A stretch of DNA of 64,000 nucleotides from Octopus sinensis (lineage: Eukaryota): assembly GCF_006345805.1 (NCBI RefSeq), contig NC_043000.1, positions 132,370,001 to 132,434,000 of the forward strand. The letters are read 5' to 3'. Below the pieces are notes generated by a model. The model was not told where the DNA came from, did no database searches, and saw only the letters and a program-made list of their open reading frames with translations. Both the position numbers and the translations under genes were made by a program. Within the stretch, counting starts at the first letter, position 1. Each line of letters starts with the position of its first letter. Positions 12,839 to 27,361 of this stretch are shown one piece after another.

Positions 12839-13849
12839 AAAAGAGAGAGAGTTAAATTCATTTGTTTTCCATGCATGGGTTTTAATAACACTTCCATTCC
12901 AGATTCAAATGCTTTCGGAAATATTTTCTTCTTTGTTCAAGCCTTTTTACTCGACGTCTGCAATAATCCAGTAGGTTACACTTATTAAGACGAGGGATGT
13001 ATATACCCAGTAAATCGAATTGCTCTGGTTCTCCATACACTGAATTATGGTAGGTACTAATAAAGATTAAAAGGTTTAGGCGAAGAAGAAAAAAATAATC
13101 CTTAAACATTTTAATTTGGAAAGGCGCGTAAAACAAATGACTCCATCCAACATTCCACCCATCTCTCTCTTTCCTTTCCTTCCCCCATCCGCCTCTTGTG
13201 TTCATCATTCTGATTAGAGAAAAAGAACCTTAATTGCATTTATTGCCTTCCTCTCGTCGATTTGAAGAGATGTTTCTATCTTGGTTCTCATGCTTGAAGT
13301 TACTTTCGTGCTACATTCTCTGTTTAATAAAATGTACCTATTTATTTTGAACCTCATAAATTATCTGTAATTCGTCACAATGCTGAAGAGATCTAGTTAA
13401 GATTGAAATACATAAATGTCACTGAAATTTTACGACATTTTTATCCTCGCTTTCTTCATAACTACTAAATAAATTAAATACGATCCTACATTTTAAGTAG
13501 TATCGCTTTGCAGTAGCTGAGTAAGCACAAGTTTTTATCCTTTCACAAAAAAAAACAGATGGATTTAATCAAATAGACGGTTTTAGAAATAAGTGTTCCA
13601 GGCATCTAGTGAGCAACAGTAGTTGTGAGAGTTCACTAAAGTATGAGATTGGTTTTGAAGGTGATGGCCAGAATAATACAATCAACGGAATGTCTATTTA
13701 TGGCAGGGATCAAGAAAAAAAAAAGACGGAGAAATAAATATTTTGTATATATTTGAATATCAAATTTAAAAATCTACAAATAGATATAACCAGAACGTTT
13801 TTTCTTTTGAGTTGAATGAAAACTGAAAGAAGTGTTTGGAAATGACTAT

Positions 13850-15830
13850 AAAACGAGCAAGAAGTATAAGGTCAAAACCCCAGGACATACAAATGTAGAC
13901 AACACAGAAAATACACTACCAGGCACTACTCCCATATTACGCACTGTACTTTCCATAAAATAGTAAAACCAAACCCAAGACAAAATACTGTACACACTCA
14001 AGATGTACAGAGATGCGCTCCGTAGCGCAATAAATACAGAACAATAGAATATTACAGAAAATATTACTATCATACATAGCGCTAAGCCAAGTAACAACAG
14101 GCATCTGTACTTTACTGTTCCCCACCCCCAATACACATTAATCTCAAGGAAATAACTATGGAGAAAATCGAAAACAATGACAACACTGCTGGAGGGTATA
14201 TTGTAAGTAATACATTAACTTTGTGAAGCTTATTGCTCTTTAATTTTTTTTTTTGCTTGTTATATGCATTGCAAATGTTCGCACAAATCACAAATTATGC
14301 ACAACTTGTAAACATACCAACGGGCACTGGAAGAAAAAAACAAACTCAACACCCTCCACAACCCATCCAGAAATCAATAGAAAAGAAATCCATAACATTC
14401 AGCCTATGCTTAAATTAGGGATAATTTGGCTCCTAAAAAGAACAAGAGATAGGTAGTAAAAAAAATTGAAAAACTAAATAAATGGTTGGACTTTAATCTT
14501 CAAGTCCCGCAAATAGAAGAGAAAAAGCATGACTGGATATGACAGGAATATGTTTCCATACTACATGTATATTTTACAGCTGAACACCATCGAAGAAGAA
14601 AGAAAGAATAACGAGCTTACCATAACATACTTGCAAAATATCCGGAGAGAAAATAATCTTTGTATCAAAGTAACTTTGATTTTTCGATAAACTAATTTAA
14701 TAATCAGACAATGAAACAGAAAACTTAAAAGAAAGATTACATAACGAAAGACAAAAAAGAACGTTAAAGCTATAAACACTCGAAACATAAATCACGAAGA
14801 TTAATCTGGCTCATGCAAAACAAAAAACAAAAATACAACAAAATAAAACCCAAGCATATCTACAAAATACAGATAAAAACTACACGAACGATAATATGAA
14901 TACAAATTGATATGAGGGAGATTTGAGAATAAGAATTTCTAAAGATAAACCCCGGCAAATATTGTTAGTGAAACAGATACGAACATCAATCTCGCCAAGA
15001 TAAATCAAATAATCTATGCATAAACCACAGTAGTTGTCACAAAGATAACTGGGAAAACCTCAAAACTACTCATAAAGGAACATCTAACCTCGAGCAAGCA
15101 ACATGAAAAACAAACAGCTCGACACCAAACCAAAACAATTTTATCAATATCTAGACAAAAATAAAACGCTAATCAACGCAGCGCCTAAAGCAGGTATAGT
15201 AAAAGAATTTGGAAGATGAATGTGGTCAGAAAATGGATCACCATGGGCAAAAACCTTCAAAACAAGAATTCCATCATCTGAACAATCACGGGACCATTAG
15301 CAATAAAAATAAAGTTGTACAGAGGTTAGAAAAAAATAATCAATTAGAATTTACCAAAAAGTAATCAATTTTCTGAGTTCTGGTTAAAATATTTAAGAAA
15401 TAGATTCTAAGTACCAGGTTCACCTCGAGGAAAAATGTCATAAAACGCAAGGCTAATAAAAATAAATCAAACCCCAAGCCCAGCTTACCAATAACCTATC
15501 TGTGCACAGTGTACGTAATATTTTATGGAATGTCTATAAAATATTTCTTTAATTCCATTTCTTTATTTCCAGTTCTTAAACCAAATGCCAAACCGGTCGA
15601 TTCTAAAGTGGATTGAACACTGTGGTGGATAAAATTCTCCCATGGGAAAGAAACGAAAATCTTACAGAAAAAAATCTCGAAAGGAATGTTTGAACGTCTC
15701 ATGATATAAGGAATAATTTCTGATCAGCAAAGACAACGAAATATGTAGAAGGGCGAGCCAACAAGCGTGCCTCTGTCTGAAGCTTTTGACAGTCTTCTCC
15801 ACGGTGGATACTGGAATGAGTTAGGTATCA
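13850..15830 (+). mobile_element. Degraded R4/Dong-like (R2 superfamily) LINE, pre-RT and RT region
   Basis: Strongly A-rich strand; translatable remnants KQLDTKPKQFYQYLD...VKEFGR*MWSEN (~15110-15240), FWLKYL (~15380) and AFDSLLH (~15782); 5' boundary uncertain. Confidence 0.6.
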
Positions 15831-18270
15831 CCAATAATACTCAGGTGTATCAAACACTCAAAAATAAATGGAAAACAATTCTGCAGATACTAAACAAAAG
15901 AGGCAAATATAAAATTGAAACCCATCCATAATACAAATATTTCGAAGAAATTACCTCTTTCCATTCCTTTAACCAAATGCCAGACAAGGTGGGATTTAGA
16001 TGGAATCGTCGTGAGAGACGATGAAATTTTTCGTTCTCAGATAGATGAAAGCAGAATAAATTCCAAAGTGATTTGGACATCAAGTCAGAGCAAAGATATG
16101 AATTAGATATCGCAAAAGCATTTGTCCTCTTTATCACTTTTACAAACACCGTATCTCTATATAAATATGTAATGTTATTTTGTTTTCACTAGGTAGCAGA
16201 CTTCATATTTATTGACAAAAAACGAAATGAGATATTGTGAATTGGTCTTTTCCACAAATCAATTATAGCTTGAACAAAATTATACGGTTACAAACAATAA
16301 TAATAGTTTCTCATGTCACCAAAACTCAGAAATTCTCGCCCCACTTCCTTCGTTTTGTGAAATTGTTGTAACCAACCCACCAAGTTTCTTTCCAAAGTGT
16401 TAGTCCTTTTGGAATTATCTTCTTACTCATTGTTTATCCTCTATCAAGCTCACCGGTCTATGAGGCGGCGCAAAGGCCATCGGCATTGCCTTTCCTTCTA
16501 TACCAAAGAAGTAAAGAAAGCGTGGTTAGTATAGAGTCTTGTGTGGCGTTTTCCGACCCATAGTATCTCCCAATGCAAGATTAACCTTTATGATACAAAA
16601 GGAAAAAATAGGAACTACAATGTTTGAAACTTTCCTGTTATTAATAGCATTAATGAAGTGAAAACAGCTAGAACTAGAAAAAAATTTGCTTGGAATATTC
16701 GTTTCACGAAGTTTATTGCTTTCACTACAAAAATATCTCTTGCCTGTAATATAAGAATCCTCCACTTTTTATGATACGGTTTACCAGATTTACTAAGTCC
16801 AGTTATATCATTGGAGCTCGTTTTATCGGTCGCAGAAGAAACAAATCAAAACAGATTTGGATTCTAAAATAGAGCAAAGACTAAATATAGGAAACACTAT
16901 CACATGGAATACAGCGTTTTCACTATCACTACCTTTCTGTTTGATAGTAAATCAAGGTCTGGGGTAGAGATAATCTTCCGGCGAACCAAATAAGAGACTT
17001 AATTTTTGTTCACAAATCCTATTTAATACTCTTCGTTCTGACTTATTTCCACGTATATTTATATTTGTACATTTGAGAGAATGAACCTTAAATAAGAAAT
17101 TAGTAACGATAAATACTCTTTTGTGTATTGGATATAAGATAATTTCGTTATTAAGAATATAGAAAAGCGACAGAGTATATAGGTTAATAGTTCGATTAAT
17201 AGTTACAACGCTAATAATAACTCTTAAAGAAATATACAAGTGCAATGGGGTTCTTAAGTTCGTATGTAATATGCTGTGAGAAAGCGTTTATAAACTGTTT
17301 CTGCACTTAGTATCATAAATGATATTGTGTCACTTACGATATTCAAAGAATAAGCAAAATAGTTTATTTATTTGATTGTTTCATTTATTTGGCCTTGACA
17401 CTTGGTATTTTACATAATCCAGAGTCAATAAGTAGTACGCAAGTAAATATAACATATTCTAATTAAACAAAGATATCTACCTACCTACTTATACAAATTT
17501 ATATTTATGTGTTTGTGTATAATTACCTACACCAACTACATGCCATGATGTAGTAGTATACAATATAGGAGACATCATGACGCCAAACCGTATTAAAAGC
17601 TCTTACGATATTATTTATTATTAGGGTGCATTTGTCAAAGACTAACCAAGTACATTTGCTTACTTATATTTTCAGTAAACACATTTGCATCATAGTTACA
17701 TACCAAGTAGAATAGACAGAGTAAAACATATGATCACATTTTTAATTGCCTCAGCAAAGAAGAGAAAAATGACTGAACATTGTTCTTCTTGATCTTATTG
17801 TGTTCAGTGGCACATTTATAATAAAGTTTAAGTAAAAATAGGGCACAATTTGATTTTTGATTCACTGATTCTTTTTACATATTTTATCCTAAAATTAAAA
17901 CCAATCTTCGGATCTTTTTTTTTGAGAGCCAGATTTTCCTAGTTAACTAAACAATTTGAAATTTCGTATACTGGTAGAATGTGTCAAAAGAAAACATAAT
18001 TGTTTAACCAAAATGAAAACGGAATTGTAATTTCTAAGTTTAACGTTGTTTAAAAATTCGAATTTTAACCAAAGATATTCTTTCTTTCGGCCTCATATTA
18101 TTTACTGCTTCTCAAAATATTGTTACTGTGACGTAAACAGCTATTTTGTGACGTAGTTAACGTAAACAGCTAACTAAAATGTAAACATCTCCGCTTATCA
18201 TAAACTTCGTGGAGTATATATAAAATTTGTGTAGATCCTAAATAGCTACACACACATGTATACAAACATA

Positions 18271-18319
<49 letters not shown>

Positions 18320-18981
18320 CTATACACACATATTCTAATGCATATGCATATATGTGTATATATTTATAATGTGTGTGTATTATAGATGCATACATTATAT
18401 ATATATAAAAGAAGTTTACATACAATATATATATGTTATATACATCTACATGTATATGTATGTATGAATATATAAGTACCACAGAATTTGAATCAAACTG
18501 TTTTGATCCACACACACACACACACACACCAACACTACCATCCATGAGACATCCTAACATTATCAATGCTACTACTACTATCATCATCATTATCATCATT
18601 ATCCACTGCCGCCACCACCACCTCTACAAAAACACCAACACTATAATTGCTGCCATCATACACATCCACTGTCATCACTACCACCACTGCCATGATAACC
18701 ACATCTACCACAGCTGTTTGCTTACTGCTTACCCACTCACAAAATAGCTATCTACGTCACATTAACACTATGCAGCTAATAATTTCAAATGAAAACAGAC
18801 AATATGATTGGTTAAAATTCGCAGATTTAAACTACGTTTAAACTTATAAAATACATTTTTGTCAAAAAAACTAGTTGAAATTATTGTTTTCTTTTCACAC
18901 ATTCTACCAGTATACGAAGTTTCAAATTATTTAGTTAACTAGAAAAATCTGAAAAATCTGGCTTTCCAAAAGAAAAGATCC

Positions 18982-19106
18982 GGGTTTGGGTTTTAAGGTT
19001 AAGGTCTTAGGGTTAGGGTTTTAGAGCTAGGTTTTATGGTTAGGGTTTTAGAGTTAGGGTTTGGTTTTGGGTTTTAGGGTTAGGGTTGGGATTTAGGATT
19101 AGAGTT
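18982..19106 (+). repeat. Degenerate telomere-like (TTAGGG)-variant tract, interstitial
   Basis: TTAGGG units mixed with TTTGGG, TTAAGG, TTAGAG and TTTTAGGG. Confidence 0.8.
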
Positions 19107-19541
19107 ACGGAAACAAGCGAGAAATGAAGAAACTGGAGGTGGAGGGGTGGGGGGCAAAATTTTTTTCCCGAAAATAGTTGCTGAAATCAAGAAATTGCCG
19201 AAGAAAGACTTTCACTTTTTCATGAGCGGCTATCGAAAACGCTGGGGTTTTAATATGACAAAAGAAAATACAAAAATGGTGGGCTTTTATGTACAAAATG
19301 AAACTTGAGATTTCGAAAGAAATTGTGATGTGTGCCACTATTTTCCTTTTCACATCAAATTCCAATATAATCTGAATGTATACATTCTGAAAAGTATTTG
19401 TAGCAAATTTCATTAAAAAATACCCAAGTTATGAGGAAACAAAGTCAACTCATGTGAATTTCCCGAAACCTCTCTTCCTAACCACAGAATTTTTTAAAAT
19501 ATTAAATTCCTACATAAGCGGAATATACACCATATAAAACA

Positions 19542-20057
19542 TACCGTAAATCCTCAAGTATAATCCGCATTATTTTCCCAAAATTTAAAGGTCAAAATCC
19601 CTAGTGCGTACTATATATGCGGTTAAAAATGGAAATTATTTTCTAAGCAATGTCCAAGTCTCTATTTGCTGTCAGGCAATGTTTATTCAGAGGTATTTTG
19701 TGATGTCGGGCTCGAAAATACCTTAAGCTAAGCCTGAAAGCAATGAAGTCATAAAAGAATCATCCATAACTTGCAATAAGCAACATTTATTAAACGTTAT
19801 TACTGTTATTTCTTTATTTTCTGCAAACAAAATGCACAAAAAAGCTACACGTTTGCATTATGTTATATATACAATAATAATAAAGGACGTTACTGTATAC
19901 ATTTTTAGAAACCAAGGACGTTATATAGACCTCCTTGACTGAAGTTAGAGAAGGGGTGCGTATTATACACAAGGTTTAGGTTTTCCAGAGGTACAGCCCC
20001 CTAAAAATCCCCTGCGTATTATACTCAAGGGCAGACTATACTCGAGGATTAACGGTA
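19542..20057. mobile_element. Tc1/mariner-pogo (Tc2-like) MITE with TA TSD, nested in the composite element
   Basis: TA-CCGTAAATCCTCAAGTATAATCCGC at 19542 vs GCAGACTATACTCGAGGATTAACGG-TA ending 20057; subterminal TGCGTA(C/T)TATA repeats. Confidence 0.8.
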
Positions 20058-21429
20058 TTTTTTGAAAATTTCATTAAAAAATTTACATTTTTCTGGAAGT
20101 TGTGAGGCAACAAAGTCGGTCGGGTAGGGGCACACATGTATAGGTAAGCCGACATTTGCATTATTTTACAATAATCATTTCAAATCCTGCTCGGCTGGTT
20201 TTTGTCTTATCTTTCAGGGCCCAATAGAATGAGTTAATCGTAATGAAACAGAGTTGTAAACACCCCTATACCTATCCATTCAAATGCTGACGTCAGTAAA
20301 GTTGGTCAAGGAAAACGGGTCTTTTTACTTTTATTGGAATTAATATCGTATTTATTTAAGATGCCAAAGGAGTTCTGTGTTTTCGTTTTTATGAAGACGC
20401 TTCATGAATAATCTAATCTTCTCACTCCTTCGGTCACTGTTTTTTTAAAGATAAAAATAGTATGATGACTTATAAAATATTTAGAGGATTATTAGGTTTT
20501 ACAGGCCAGATGTTAAAAAAATATTGGAGTGGCGAAATAAATAACCCAAGTTAACGACTGTGTCAGTTGAACACACCCACACTCGGTCGCGCGCGCAGGG
20601 AGGTATATTACAGGAGACTTGGGATAAAATAATCTAGGCGCTTGCCTAGGGAAGAAGTGCGTCTACGGACAATGACTAAATGGGGAAAAGACCCCCAATA
20701 AGCTGGTAACCCACAAATTATTGTTGAGTATAAAATAATAAACACTGAAGAGTGGAGTTTGCGTTATTATTTTTGTTTCATAGTTTACAATTATTTCTAC
20801 AAATTCATTTTGACTTATCTTCAATCATGTTTATAAACGTGACCGCTGTGCCGTCCACTATAAACATTGATTAATGTCCTATATTTAAGCGGTAGACAAA
20901 CACTTCAGCATATTATATTTTGTAGAGAGTTACGAGGGATCATTTCTATGAACGGGGTATCTGTACAACGGATATGACTACATCATTAATTGTGGAGTCG
21001 TTTAAAAACACGATGCAAGATTAAGTCAACATGGAATTTTTGAAACAATCATAAATTGTCCTATATTTTAGAGATGAGGAATTCTGTACAATATTTACAT
21101 TTTTTACATTGGACGGATATTTGTCCTCATCTTGTTTGTTGCTACCACAAAATTTCGGCTGATTTACTCTCCAGCCTTCATCAAGTGTCCTGGTAGAATT
21201 TTGAATCCAACCCTAGGTTCTAAGGTGCCACGCAGTGTGAATGAACCCGAAACTATGTGGCTGGTATGGCTTGTCAGGGAGTCACCATTGCTTTCGCGCC
21301 TTTTACGTTCTTAGCAGTGGGAGACGTCTATATTGGTAAGAGTATAAAAAGTGTGAAACCAATGGTAACGTCCTGACTGGTCGTAAATCACAACTACATT
21401 AGATATTACTACGATATATCTAAAAAAAC

Positions 21430-21831
<402 letters not shown>

Positions 21832-21839
21832 ATATATAT

Positions 21840-21945
21840 ACACGTCCCCGTAGCTTAGCGTTTTGGAAAAAGAAACTGATAGAATAAGTGCTAGGGTTTC
21901 AAAGAGTAAGTCCTGGGGTCGATTTCTATAACTAAAAAACCTTCA
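21840..21945 (+). mobile_element. SINE A 3' fragment
   Basis: ACGTCCCCGTAGCTTAGCG..GATAGAATAAGTGCTAGG..AAGTCCTGGGGTCGATT. Confidence 0.7.
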
Positions 21946-22011
21946 AACTCTGCTTGTTGTTCTTTCACCTGTCTTCGTCGTTTGTTTTCTGTAAATTTGA
22001 ACTACACACAC

Positions 22012-22083
<72 letters not shown>

Positions 22084-22889
22084 GCGCGCACACATACACA
22101 CACACATACACATATATATATAGGTAAAAGATTAATGAGTGCGTGCGTTACATAAATAATATCTTCGTCTGCCGTTACGTTGCGAGTTCAAATTCCGCCG
22201 AGGTCGACTTTGCCTTTCATCCTTAGTGTTGGTGTACCTACACCCCAGATTCTTCAACTATTTTATAAGAAAGGGGTTAATGGCAGGATAGGGATTCAGC
22301 TTTAAAATAAATTGTATAACAAAAAATACATAAATAAATTACTGCTCCAACGATGTAATTTTAGTATGTGTGTATGTATGTATGTGTGTGTGTGTGTGTG
22401 TAAGCAATGCAAACAATGGAAAATAATTTAAACACTCATTTTCTGATGTCTAAGGATGGATATTTATGCGTATGAATCTTTTTCTTTTTATTTTCTTTCA
22501 AATATAATTCTAGGGAACTGAAAAAGCTGTGTACGATGCCAAGCGAATTTAGCTATTTACGATGAACGGATGTTTACGTTACAAACGAATCTCTAGGTCT
22601 GTTTACATGTTTACGTTAACTACGTCACAAAATAGCTGTTTACGTCAGTAACAATATTTTGAGAGGTCAGTAAATAATATGAGGTCGAAAGAAAGAATAC
22701 CATTGTTAAAATTCGAATTATTAAACAACGTTAAACTTAGAAATTACAATTCCGTTTTCATTTTGGTTAAACAATTATGTTTTCTTTTGACACATTCTAC
22801 CAGTATACGAAGTTTCAAATTGTTTAGTTAACTAGGAAAATCTGGCCTTCAAACTGAAAAGATCCCAATCTTCATTTTCGTAATAATAG

Positions 22890-22890
22890 A

Positions 22891-22949
<59 letters not shown>

Positions 22950-23174
22950 CATATGAAAACTCACAGCTTATTTTGTGGGGTATGATGGAAAGTGTCAGCT
23001 GTCCACAGCCAGCAGACTAAGGTGACACTCGTTTACTGGTCATGCTTCAAGAACCCTGCAAATTTTTATTATCGTTCTTCTTCTTCTTCTTCTTCTTCTT
23101 CTTCTTCTTCTTCTTCTTTCTTCTTCTTCTTCTTCTTCTTTCTTCTTCTTCTTCTGAAAATACTGAAAGCGTAT
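22890..23174. repeat. (ATT)n (22890-22950) and (TTC)n (23074-23174) arrays
   Basis: Direct inspection. Confidence 0.95.
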
Positions 23175-23519
23175 TTTTGGGCACAAGTTTTGTAGACTCT
23201 TTATGAGCGGTCCGTAGATGCCTACCACATTGACTTTAAGTGGATAGCTGATTTGTACAATAAAGAAAACAAGACCCTTTAAAGAAAAATACGTTCTTGG
23301 TAATTTCGGTAACCTTTGCGCAGCCACCCATTCTTTAAATATTAAGACAATCTTGGCGATTTACATTGATTCATATATTTGGATCATTTATAGCGTATGA
23401 AATACAAAGCTGAGCTCTTCTCCGAGAGTCCACGTCCAGATACATCAGGTCATTAACAATGAAATGTCCGATCTTGAGCTGAAAGTTTATTTTACTCTAT
23501 CTCAACAAAAAGCAATGCA

Positions 23520-24095
23520 GTTTTAATCAAAGTATGCTCCTCAATAATCAACACAATTTTGCCATTTCATCGGTAGTTTATTTCTGCCGGTAGTGAAGGA
23601 TTCTGGAGAGCAAGAGGTGGTGAAATTACGAAAGGTTGTTTTGGCATCTTCTTCAGATTTGAAGTTTTTTCCTTGCAAAAAGTTGTCTAAAGCCTGGAAA
23701 GCGTGATAGTCAGTTGGTGCAAGGTTTGGTGGATACGGTGGATGACAGAGTACTTCCAAGTTCAAGTACCTGTAACTTGAGTAGCGTTCTTTGTGCAATA
23801 TGTGGTCAAGCATTGTCTTGCAAGAGAATTGGTCTGTCTCTATTGACCAATCTCGGTTGTTTAATTGCAAGTTCACTCATCATTTCATCCAATTGGTTGG
23901 TGCATACATCCACTGTAATTGACTTACCAGGTCTCATGAAACTGTAGTGGATGACACCAGCACTAAACTACCAAACAGATACCATTAGCTTTTTTTGGTG
24001 AATATTATTTTTTGGATTGTGTTTTGGCACTTCGTCTCTATCCAGCCACCGTGCAGAACACTTGCTATTGTTGAAAAGATCCCATTTTTCATTAC
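23520..24095 (-). mobile_element. Mariner (DD34D) transposase catalytic-domain fragment, pseudogenized
   Basis: ORF 23541..23876 has HPPYPPNLAPTDYH (YSPDLAPSD motif) and KLPMKWQNCVD; upstream frame gives NEKWDLFNN..RWLDRDEVPKH. Confidence 0.9.
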
Positions 24096-24149
24096 TATCC
24101 TAGGGCATTACGTCTGGTCTGTTATACCTACATTTTACTGAAGTTTCGA

Positions 24150-24880
24150 TAGAGACATTGAATCAATAATTTTTTCATATTATGAGTGAATATACCCTCT
24201 ACATAGTAATTTCTTATATTTTTGCCTTCAGGATTATGTTTTCTATGGATTGTTTCGTATAATGTTTAAGCCAAGGCATCATACCTCATCTATAGATTGT
24301 ATCTTATACTTTAGGATAACTGCTTATGATGTAAATGACATCTTTCCTCTTCCTTGTTGTCAATATTTATGTGTTTTATCTGCAATTCAGTTTCTTTCCT
24401 CAAAGTGAGAGCAAACACACTGCTTGCTTCTATAGGTAAACCACTTTGGTTTTCTTTGTAACTGTCACTTTGAGGTTTTCTGAAAACATAACAATGCATG
24501 ATACTGTTGATAGAATTACAGCCTTTCATCTAATTATCTGTTGCAGATCTGTACAACTTCTTTGGGTATGTATCCTTGGTAATCGCTCAGAGAATACTTT
24601 CCTTTCCACCTCTCATGATGCTTATTTTGTCTCATATATGCAAGCTTGCTCAGTGGATATACTTTAATGCTTGGTGGTTAATGGATGCCGAGCGGGTATG
24701 ATGCAACATTAAGGCTGATCGATGTTATACCTGATCTTTCTTGTTTTCGTTTTAGGAAGTAAGAGTCTGCATCCCTTGAGATGAACATTTCTGGAGTTAC
24801 TTAATAATATTCAGGTTTTAGTATCAATGTCCTGTCTTATCAAGCGCTCAATCATATAACCGAAATGTAATCTGAGTACT
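24150..24880 (-). mobile_element. Degraded R4/Dong-like LINE, post-RT to Zn-knuckle region
   Basis: Remnants DIDTKT*ILL..RNVHLK, ERWKGK, IISSYPK..RYDALA..YETIHRKHNPE. Confidence 0.6.
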
Positions 24881-24953
24881 GTTACTGCAAACATTGTAGA
24901 TCATTTAGCTATTGTATGCAGAGAGTTCTCAGGACTGTCTCTCTCTCTTTCTC

Positions 24954-25037
<84 letters not shown>

Positions 25038-26049
25038 TTACTGATTTACTGTTCCGTTAAGTACTCCTTCCGGTTCCTGTGAGGGATAAATATAATTTAA
25101 TGTGCACTATATTAAAATTAAGAGCTACTAATAGTTTCTTGACATAAAGACACCTGGTTAGGCAAGTTGTCATAACGTACCTTGTGTCTTCAAGCAATCC
25201 CAGACTCTGAGCACATGATTTGCTCTATATGAAAATCTGGACGCTGGTACATGAGAAGCCACTAGGAAAAACGAGAGGAAGGTTGGTACATAAAGTAGGA
25301 TGAGAAGACAAAAGGTAAATAAAAACGGAAAAAGAAAGGAAAAATAAGAATATTTGAGTTACATCCCCTTTGATCGTAGAAGTCAAATTCAATTAGTTGT
25401 AGAATAATTCAACAGAGACGGGTCCAAAGTCTGCGAGACAGCTGCTCAGTCTGGGTGGTGTCCTCCAGTTCATTAAAAAAAAATTGTCCATGATTTTGCA
25501 TTTGAAAATTTCGGATCTGGAATTAATTAGTGTGATGAAATTCTAGAAATCCGAAAAGAATGTGCAATCTTTCAGTTACGCATCAGTTGCATTTCTAAAA
25601 TTCATTTGCATATGGCGGAAATCTCTATGATTTTCCACTTGATTGCATGTGGTGTGCAGTTGGCCTTCAAACCCTATACATGGCTAGCCAACTGAGTGGT
25701 TTTACTTTTCTCGATGTGCTAGAAAGAAGACTGGAAATTTGCATAACGTCTCTTAAAATTGCCTTCGCATATACCGATGACTTGCACATGCAACTACCGT
25801 CTAGAACTCTCCCATACCTGAGCCTGGGTTGTTGGGTCATAAAGGAGAGATGCGCGCCATTTCTGGGCCTACTTCTCGACGGCATCAATGCGCACCCCCG
25901 CCCCTCACTGATATGAGGCCCCGCTTGCTAGAACAACTGGTTATTAAATAAAGCTCACTATTTCTATAGCCATTGCTCATCGTCCCTTTTTAACCAAATC
26001 CAGTGGTTATCCTTCTCCACTGTAATTTGGATATCGGTTATGGTGGTAA

Positions 26050-26290
26050 TGCTTGTAGTTTTTCTTAGTTTTACAATTATATAAGAACATTTATCCTATC
26101 CGAACTCCTTCTCTGTATCCATTGGAAATGTAGTAATAAGGTCAAGGCTCTTCTTAATATTGCTCTTTCTGCCTTTCAAATTTATTCAATAAAAAGACAA
26201 GTGGTTTATTCAAAAACAGCACCGCAAAGAGACAGTCACCTTGAAATGCACCCTTACAATATTGTATCCTATCAGTGACAGTACAATCAC
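26050..26290 (-). mobile_element. LINE RT fragment (QGD motif), R4/Dong-like
   Basis: ORF 26154..26489 ends in DRIQYCKGAFQGDCLFAVLFLNKPLVFLLNK, matching the RT G.FQGD.LSPLLF motif. Confidence 0.7.
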
Positions 26291-26901
26291 TTCCTGTATG
26301 TGTATGTATGTATGTATGTATGTATGTATGTATGTATGTATGTATGTATGTATGCATGCATGTATGCATGTATGTACGCCTGTCTCTATGTCTGTTTGTA
26401 TGTATGTATATAGGCATATGGCGTACTAATACGTTGAATAGAATTACGTTTGAATTGTATTCACTATAATTTATACTAAAAGAAGTCATAAAGTAGGCGA
26501 GATAAACTGCGCTTTAAAAGATATTCACCATTGTTAGATTGTTAAATTAAAAACTAAATGTAAACAAATTTTGCCATATTGGCAAGTTTTCTTTTCTTTT
26601 TATTTATCATTAAAATCTAGCATGAAAGATTATCTTTGTAAGTCTTGTAAAAAAATAAACATATAAAATGAGTGACGGACGCCTTATAATTATTATTTTT
26701 ATTTAACACAAAGCTAGCTTGGTGCTGACAATTTGTTATATAAATTTCATATCACAACTGAGGAAGCATCTTGTTGATTACTGGGTTCTAGCAGGTCAAT
26801 CACGGTTCGCTGCACTTCCGACCTATGATCGAAGGCGTTTCAGGCATGATTACTCCGTCTTTTGCATATTTGGGACTAACTTGGACGAAAGCGTGCTAAG
26901 A

Positions 26902-27131
26902 TTCTTATTTCTTTATTGCCCACAAGGGGCTAAACATACAAGGACAAACAAGGACAAAGGGATTAAGTCAATTACATCGACCCCAGTGTGTAACTGGTAC
27001 TTAATTTATCGACCCCGAAAGGATGAAAGGCAAAGTCGACCATAGCGGAATTTGAACTCAGAACGTAACGGCAGACGAAACATTGCTAAGCATTACGCCC
27101 GGCGTGCTACCGATTCTGCCAGCTCGCCGCC
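26902..27131 (-). mobile_element. SINE family B, full length
   Basis: Sense start GGCGGCGAGCTGGCAGAATCGG, B box GAGTTCAAATTCC, tail GTGGGCAATAAAGAAATAAGAA. Confidence 0.9.
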
Positions 27132-27151
27132 TTAGCTTTCCATAAATATTA

Positions 27152-27361
27152 ATTTCAAGTTTTGATACTAAGCCAGCAAATTTGGAGGAGCGGCTATCGA
27201 TTAAATCAACACCAGTGCTCAACAAGCACTTATTTTATGGATACCGAAAGGATGAAAGGTAAAGTCGACCTTGGCGGTATTCGAACTCAGAACGTAAGGA
27301 CGGACGAAATACCACTAAGCACTTTGCCTGGCGTGCTAATGGTTCTGCCAGCTCGCTGCCA
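27152..27361 (-). mobile_element. SINE family B' (alternative tail) with TSD
   Basis: Same head as B; flanked by TAGCTTTCCATAAATATTA (27133-27151) and TAGATTTCCATAAATGTTA (27362-27380). Confidence 0.8.

Noticed and set aside
16526-16765. Short ORF with a hydrophobic stretch
   Set aside because: No recognisable family or convincing splice sites; expected by chance in T-rich DNA.
18982-19106. True telomere or chromosome-fusion site
   Set aside because: Short, degenerate, single orientation and internal to a transposon.
19405-20117. Repeated AAATTTCATTAAAAAAT..AAGTT(A/G)TGAGG(A/C)AACAAAGTC on both sides of the MITE as a TSD
   Set aside because: Not adjacent to the left MITE end and of unequal length; more likely internal repeats of the host element.
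20511-20790. Solo LTR (TG..CA, TATA-like and AATAAA)
   Set aside because: No 4-6-bp TSD at any TG/CA pair tried and no PBS/PPT.
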